This document shows, in pieces, positions 27,427 to 32,000 of a DNA stretch of 32,000 nucleotides; within the stretch, counting starts at the first letter, position 1; every line of letters begins with the position of its first letter. Source of the stretch: Delftia acidovorans NBRC 14950. GTDB lineage: Bacteria; Pseudomonadota; Gammaproteobacteria; Burkholderiales; Burkholderiaceae_C. The notes under the pieces are model-generated. The model was not told the DNA's origin. It did not search any database and saw only the letters and a program-made list of their open reading frames with translations. The translations under genes and the position numbers were made by a program. The stretch covers positions 1-32,000 of the forward strand of contig NZ_BCZP01000020.1 of NCBI RefSeq assembly GCF_001598795.1, written 5' to 3'.

Positions 27427-28437
27427 ATGAACAAGCGCAACTTCATCGCGGGCGCTGCGCTCGCACTCGCCACCCTGGCCGCCGTTCCGGCCATGGCCCA
27501 GCAGGTCAAGGCCCGAATGGGCCATGTCTTCGCTGCCAACAGCACCATGGACCAGGCAGCGCAGGAATTCGCCAGGCTGGTGGGCGAACGCACCAAGGGC
27601 CGGATCGGCATCATGGTCTTCCCGGCCAACCAACTGGGCGGCGAGCAGGCACAGGCGCGCGAACTGTCGCGCGGCTCGTTGGAGCTGGCACTGCTGAACC
27701 CCGGCTCGCTGGCCGGCCTGAACCCGCTGCTCGACATCCACTACCTGCCCTACATCGCATCCGACTTCAAGCAGGTAGATGCCATCTTCTACAACCCCAA
27801 GGGCGTTCTGCAGACGACGCTGCGCGAGACACTGGCCAAGCAGAACATCGAGACGCTGGGCTTCTTCGAGCTCGAGTTCCGCGCTGTGACCAACTCCAGC
27901 CGTCCGGTGGAGAAGCCGGCTGACCTGAAGGGCCTGAAGCTGCGGGTTCCAGGTTCGGCTGCGATCAAGGGCTTTTTCGAGGAAACCGGCGCCCAGGTGG
28001 TTGTGATGCCGTTCCCCGAGCTGTTCACGGCGCTTCAGCAAAAGACGGTGGACGGCCAGGACAACGGCGCCAGCATCACCTACGAATCGCGCCTGTTCGA
28101 GACACAGAAGTACATGACGCTGACCAACCACGTCTACGCCATGGGTACGGTGGCATCGAGCTCGAAGTTCTGGTCGGCGCTGTCCGAAGCCGAAAAGAAG
28201 ATCCTGACCGACACCGCCGCCGAGGTGACCAGCAAGCAGATCGAAAAGAGCCGCCAGCTCAACGCAGACTTCCTGAAAAAGATCGAGGCCGGTGGAATCA
28301 AGATCGTCCGGCCATCGGCGCAGGCCATGGCCGAGTTCGAGAAGGTGGGCCAGGGCCTGTGGGGAAAGCTGTCGGGCACCTACGGTGCTGAACGCATCGC
28401 TGCTCTGCGCCAAGAGGCTGCGGCTGCTCGCAAATAA
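27427..28437 (+). CDS. TRAP transporter substrate-binding protein (DctP family)
   Basis: 336 aa. It has a signal peptide (AALALATLAAVPAMA) and a DctP-family core with a conserved Arg context (ELEFRAVTN) expected to bind a carboxylate. GAGAGGAG RBS. Confidence 0.9.
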   Translation: MNKRNFIAGAALALATLAAVPAMAQQVKARMGHVFAANSTMDQAAQEFARLVGERTKGRIGIMVFPANQLGGEQAQARELSRGSLELALLNPGSLAGLNPLLDIHYLPYIASDFKQVDAIFYNPKGVLQTTLRETLAKQNIETLGFFELEFRAVTNSSRPVEKPADLKGLKLRVPGSAAIKGFFEETGAQVVVMPFPELFTALQQKTVDGQDNGASITYESRLFETQKYMTLTNHVYAMGTVASSSKFWSALSEAEKKILTDTAAEVTSKQIEKSRQLNADFLKKIEAGGIKIVRPSAQAMAEFEKVGQGLWGKLSGTYGAERIAALRQEAAAARK

Positions 28438-28452
28438 GTGAAGGAGGGGCCC

Positions 28453-28974
28453 ATGTCCGTCAGCAAACGCGCCAGCACGTGGCTGTTTTCGGTGGAACGC
28501 CACGCGTTCCTGGCCGAGAAGTGGATTTGCATCATCTCGCTTGTCGCCATGCTGGTGGGCATCTGCTTCAGCGTGGCGGTGAGGTACTTCAGTCTCCACC
28601 TGCCCGACGCCGGTGAAATCGCCATCTACGCCATGGCGCCACTCACTTTCGTCGGTGCAGCAATGTGTACCTGCACAGGGACGCACATCGCGGTGGACAT
28701 CATCGACCAGGTCAAGCGCCCGTGGGTTCGCCGGACCGGTCGGGTGTTCACGGCGCTCACCATGATCGTCTTCGGCGCAGTCTATTTCTGGACAGCACTG
28801 GGGTTCTTTCAAAGCGCGTTGAGCTCCGGCGAGCGAGGCCTCGACATGGGCATTCCTGTCGCGATTCCCACTTTCTTCTTCCCGCTCGGCATGGCGCTGG
28901 TGGTGCTGCATGCCCTGGCCGAGCTGATCCGTGCCGCAACCAATCAACCATCGGTTGCCAAGGAACACCCATGA
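28453..28974 (+). CDS. TRAP transporter small permease (DctQ family)
   Basis: 173 aa with four hydrophobic segments. ATG 28453 is preceded by AAGGAGG (28441-28447). Confidence 0.85.
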   Translation: MSVSKRASTWLFSVERHAFLAEKWICIISLVAMLVGICFSVAVRYFSLHLPDAGEIAIYAMAPLTFVGAAMCTCTGTHIAVDIIDQVKRPWVRRTGRVFTALTMIVFGAVYFWTALGFFQSALSSGERGLDMGIPVAIPTFFFPLGMALVVLHALAELIRAATNQPSVAKEHP

Positions 28975-30269
28975 TCATCGGTCCCGCTCTCATCTTCATT
29001 CTGTTGTTGGGTGTGCCCGTCGGTGTGGCCTTCACCTTGGTGGTGATGGTCAACGCCGAACGGTGGAACATCGACTGGTCGGTGCTGCCCTCCATCACCT
29101 ATGACACCGTTACCGTTTTTCCGCTTCTGGCGATCCCGCTTTTCCTGCTGGGTGGGCAGCTCATGAGTCATGGGGGGCTGATCCGGCAGCTCACCGCTGT
29201 CTGCGATGCACTGATCGGGCGGCTACAGGCCCACCTGGGCCATGTGATGGTGCTGGCCAGCGCCCTGATGGGCGCCATCACCGGCTCGTCGGTCGCGACT
29301 GTGGCCGCGATAGGTAGCACCGTCGGCAAGGAAATGATCGAACGCGGCTACTCGCCCGGCTACACCGCGGCGCTCAATGCGTCTGCGGGATTGCTCGGCG
29401 TGCTCATCCCTCCGTCGATTCCGTTGATCCTGTACGGCTCCATCGTGGGAGTCTCGATCACCGAGCTGTTCATGGCATCCATCGGGCCCGGGATCGTCAT
29501 GATGCTGGCCTTCATGATCGTGCACGCCTCGCTCGCCCGCCGCGTGCTGCCGGGTGGCAAGGAAAAGCCGGCGGCAGTGCATTCCGGTGAATCCAGCCGT
29601 ACCGGCGCTGCCGCGCCCGTCTCGCGCACCAGCGTGTTCGTGCGTGCCGTGCCCGCGCTCATGCTGCCGGTGCTGGTGCTGGGAGGCATCTACACGGGCA
29701 TCTTCACGCCCACCGAGGCGGCAGCGGTGGCGGCGCTCTACGCGCTGCTGATCACGCTCGTCAGCAGGGCCGTGCGCGTGCGCGACATGGAGAAGATTTT
29801 CCTGAGCGCCGCGCTGTCCGCCGCGGCGATCCTGGTGATCATCGGCTTCACCAGCATCTTCAACCGCGCCATGGTGCTGGAGCAGGTACCGCAGTCGATC
29901 GCGATGTGGGCCACCACGGTGACCGACAGCCCGATCATCTTCCTCCTGGTGGTGAACATCATCCTGCTGGTCGTCGGCATGTTCATGGAAACCAATGCCG
30001 CAACCCTGCTCATGGGCCCCCTGCTGGCGCCGACTGCAGCGAAGTTCGGCATCGATCCGATCCACTTCGCCATCATTTTGGTGACCAACATCGAGCTCGG
30101 GCTGCTCACGCCGCCGCTGGCCGCGAACCTCTATGTGGCGGCACGAACAAACAAGGTACCGATCATCGACCTGCTTCGAAACCTGGGCTGGTTCCTGGTG
30201 GCGTGCCTGGTCGTGATGGCCATGATCACCTACGTTCCGCAGCTGCCCCTTTGGTATCGATTTTTCTAA
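28971..30269 (+). CDS. TRAP transporter large permease (DctM family)
   Basis: 432 aa, polytopic (MIIGPALIFILLLGVPVGVAF...). The ATGA start overlaps the dctQ stop. Confidence 0.9.
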   Translation: MIIGPALIFILLLGVPVGVAFTLVVMVNAERWNIDWSVLPSITYDTVTVFPLLAIPLFLLGGQLMSHGGLIRQLTAVCDALIGRLQAHLGHVMVLASALMGAITGSSVATVAAIGSTVGKEMIERGYSPGYTAALNASAGLLGVLIPPSIPLILYGSIVGVSITELFMASIGPGIVMMLAFMIVHASLARRVLPGGKEKPAAVHSGESSRTGAAAPVSRTSVFVRAVPALMLPVLVLGGIYTGIFTPTEAAAVAALYALLITLVSRAVRVRDMEKIFLSAALSAAAILVIIGFTSIFNRAMVLEQVPQSIAMWATTVTDSPIIFLLVVNIILLVVGMFMETNAATLLMGPLLAPTAAKFGIDPIHFAIILVTNIELGLLTPPLAANLYVAARTNKVPIIDLLRNLGWFLVACLVVMAMITYVPQLPLWYRFF

Positions 30270-31156
30270 GCCGCGATGCCCCGCATCCCCATCAAAACCT
30301 CAATCGTCACCGTCGTCGCGTCGTCATCCGGCCTTTTGCGATGCGCGATGCCCAACGCCCTTGACAGTGCCGGCCGCAGGGGTCGCGTGGTGATGCGTGG
30401 GTCAGGCTGCGGTGCGCCGGCCTCGTGGGGCAGCAGCGCGGCGCCGTAGCCCGCCGCCACCAGGCTCTTCATTGCGTCGTTGTAGTTCAGCTCGATCCGT
30501 GCCTGTGGCCGGGCGCCGCCTGCGGCAAACCATTCGGCGGTCTGGCGTGACAGCCGGGTTCCACGGTCGTTGGCGATCAGCGGACGGGCCGCAAGCCACG
30601 CGGGCGTGATGTGCTGCGGCGGCTTCCAGGCGGCCGGGATGAAGGCCAGCACGGGGTCCTGGCGCCAGGCCTGCACCTGCAGCCCGCGCAGCACGGGCTG
30701 TGGCAAGGCAACGATGCCGATGTCCAGGCTGCCGGCGGCCAGGCGCGCCAGGGCTTCCTCGCTGGTCATCACCGCCACTTGCACGTCGATCTCGGGATGC
30801 CGGGCGGCCAGGGTTTCCAGCGCCTGGGGCAAGAGGTGCGCGAGTGCGCCGGTGGAGGCGCCCAGGCGCACGCGGCCCCCGCGCGTGGCGATCTGGCGCT
30901 GCACGGTCTGCAGGAGATCGTCGGCCTCGGCCAGGAGCTGGCGCGCCTTGTCTATCAGCAGGCTGCCCGCCGATGTGGCGGTGACGCCGGCCGGTGCGCG
31001 GTGCAATAGACGAGTTCCCAGACGCTCTTCGAGCTGCGCCACATGCAGCGTCACCGTGGGCGGCGCCAGGTGCAGCACCTTGGCGGCGGCGGCGAATGAG
31101 CCCAGGTCGGCCACCGTCAGCAGGGTGCGCAGACGGTCCAGATTGATTTCGCGCAT
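30266..31156 (-). CDS. LysR-family transcriptional regulator
   Basis: 296 aa ([47 protein letters not shown]). Its stop overlaps the dctM stop (convergent, 4 nt). It is divergent from argC. Confidence 0.9.
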   Translation of the reverse strand: MREINLDRLRTLLTVADLGSFAAAAKVLHLAPPTVTLHVAQLEERLGTRLLHRAPAGVTATSAGSLLIDKARQLLAEADDLLQTVQRQIATRGGRVRLGASTGALAHLLPQALETLAARHPEIDVQVAVMTSEEALARLAAGSLDIGIVALPQPVLRGLQVQAWRQDPVLAFIPAAWKPPQHITPAWLAARPLIANDRGTRLSRQTAEWFAAGGARPQARIELNYNDAMKSLVAAGYGAALLPHEAGAPQPDPRITTRPLRPALSRALGIAHRKRPDDDATTVTIEVLMGMRGIAA

Positions 31157-31181
31157 GGTGCGGTGTCCCAGGTTGCCAGCA

Positions 31182-31198
31182 ATTCAGGAATCATGAAT
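31182..31198. promoter_or_regulatory. LysR-type T-N11-A dyad (ATTCA-GGAATCA-TGAAT) in the LysR/argC divergent region
   Basis: TCAGGAATCATGA fits T-N11-A. It lies 26 bp upstream of the LysR gene's start. Confidence 0.35.
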
Positions 31199-31275
31199 CC
31201 GTAGTTTGTCAGATTCAACTGGTCTGCATGCGGCAGGCGCTGCACCATGCGCTCCACACCCAATCGGAGCAACCC

Positions 31276-32000
31276 ATGACCTCTCTTGTTTTCATCGATG
31301 GCGACCAAGGCACCACCGGCCTGCAGGTGCGCGAATGGCTGGCGGATCGGACCGACCTGCGCCTGCTGCAACTGCCGGCCGACCAGCGCAAAAGCACGGC
31401 GCACCGTGCCGAGGCGCTCAACGACTGCGACATCGCCTTGCTGTGCCTGCCGGACGAGGCTGCGCGCGAGGCCGTGGCGCTGGTGCGCCGGCCCGGCGTG
31501 CGCGTGATCGATGCGAGTTCTGCGCATCGCACCGCGCCGGGCTGGGTCTATGGCCTGCCGGAACTGGAGGCAGGCCAGGCTGAACGCATCGCCCATGCCC
31601 GGCGCGTCAGCAATCCCGGCTGCTATCCGACAGGTGCGCTGGCACTGCTCAGGCCCTTGATCGACGCGGGCCTGCTGCCCCCCGACTACCCGCTGGCCAT
31701 TCACGCGGTATCGGGCTACTCGGGACGGGGCCGCGCAGGACTGCTGGACCATGAGGGCGCTGCCGCCGCGACTGCCGTGCCCCTGCAGGTCTATGGCCTG
31801 GGACTGCACCACAAGCACGTGCCCGAGATCCAGCAGCATGCCGGCCTGGCCCATGCGCCGGTGTTCGTGCCGGCCTATGGCCACTACCGGCAAGGCATCG
31901 TACTGACCATCGCCCTGCATCTGCGGCTGCTGCCCGCTGGTGTGACCGCCCGCAGCCTGCACGCTGCGCTGCAGGTGCGGTATCAGGGCCAGCCCTGCAT
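31276..32000 (+). CDS. argC: N-acetyl-gamma-glutamyl-phosphate reductase (ArgC, type 2), 5' portion; continues past the window end
   Basis: This gene is not in the supplied ORF track, which has no stop to close it. My own translation from ATG 31276 gives [40 protein letters not shown]...[20 protein letters not shown]...[18 protein letters not shown]...HAVSGYSG, with the catalytic-Cys context [14 protein letters not shown] at 31266-31269. Confidence 0.85.
   Translation, partial: MTSLVFIDGDQGTTGLQVREWLADRTDLRLLQLPADQRKSTAHRAEALNDCDIALLCLPDEAAREAVALVRRPGVRVIDASSAHRTAPGWVYGLPELEAGQAERIAHARRVSNPGCYPTGALALLRPLIDAGLLPPDYPLAIHAVSGYSGRGRAGLLDHEGAAAATAVPLQVYGLGLHHKHVPEIQQHAGLAHAPVFVPAYGHYRQGIVLTIALHLRLLPAGVTARSLHAALQVRYQGQPC

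Noticed and set aside
26593-28968. A 791-aa minus-strand ORF, the longest in the track.
   Set aside because: It is antisense to the SDR, DctP and DctQ genes. It spans their intergenic gaps, which is implausible for a real gene, and its composition is Gly/Ala/Arg/His-rich.
31117-31962. A 281-aa minus-strand ORF at the right edge.
   Set aside because: It is antisense to argC, whose translation has unmistakable ArgC motifs.

Overview
High-GC (about 70% in the lines I hand-counted) chromosomal segment. It looks like a betaproteobacterium, Comamonadaceae-like, because it has a Bug/TctC-type binding protein; that taxonomy is inference only. Coding density is high and most long ORFs in the track are antisense artefacts of the GC content. 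I support about 34 protein genes and found no rRNA, tRNA, CRISPR array, transposase or integrase. From left to right the window contains: (1) a CMD/AhpD-like gene fragment; (2) a MocR-type regulator divergent from an arylamine N-acetyltransferase; (3) a LacI regulator divergent from a Bug binding protein plus a mandelate-racemase-subgroup enolase gene, with two near-identical palindromic operators; (4) a short low-GC islet with a Tae4-like T6SS peptidoglycan amidase and a translationally coupled lipoprotein that is a Tai4-like immunity candidate, with no T6SS core genes nearby; (5) co-oriented dctA-dctB-dctD with a sigma-54 promoter; (6) a CHASE3 chemoreceptor; (7) a MerR/B12-binding CarH/LitR-type photoregulator operon (lipocalin Blc, FAD oxidoreductase, DUF2256); (8) DUF4337 and hypothetical genes; (9) an AraC-VOC pair and a LysR-SDR-GST detox-type set; (10) a compact LysR-flanked cluster of RuBisCO-like protein, DUF1537 acid-sugar kinase, SDR and TRAP DctPQM; (11) the 5' part of argC, which the ORF track omits. 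The two most interesting items are the RLP/DUF1537/SDR/TRAP module, whose substrate and chemistry cannot be deduced from sequence, and the orphan Tae4-Tai4 islet. All family calls come from reading the translations and recalling family motifs. No database search was run.
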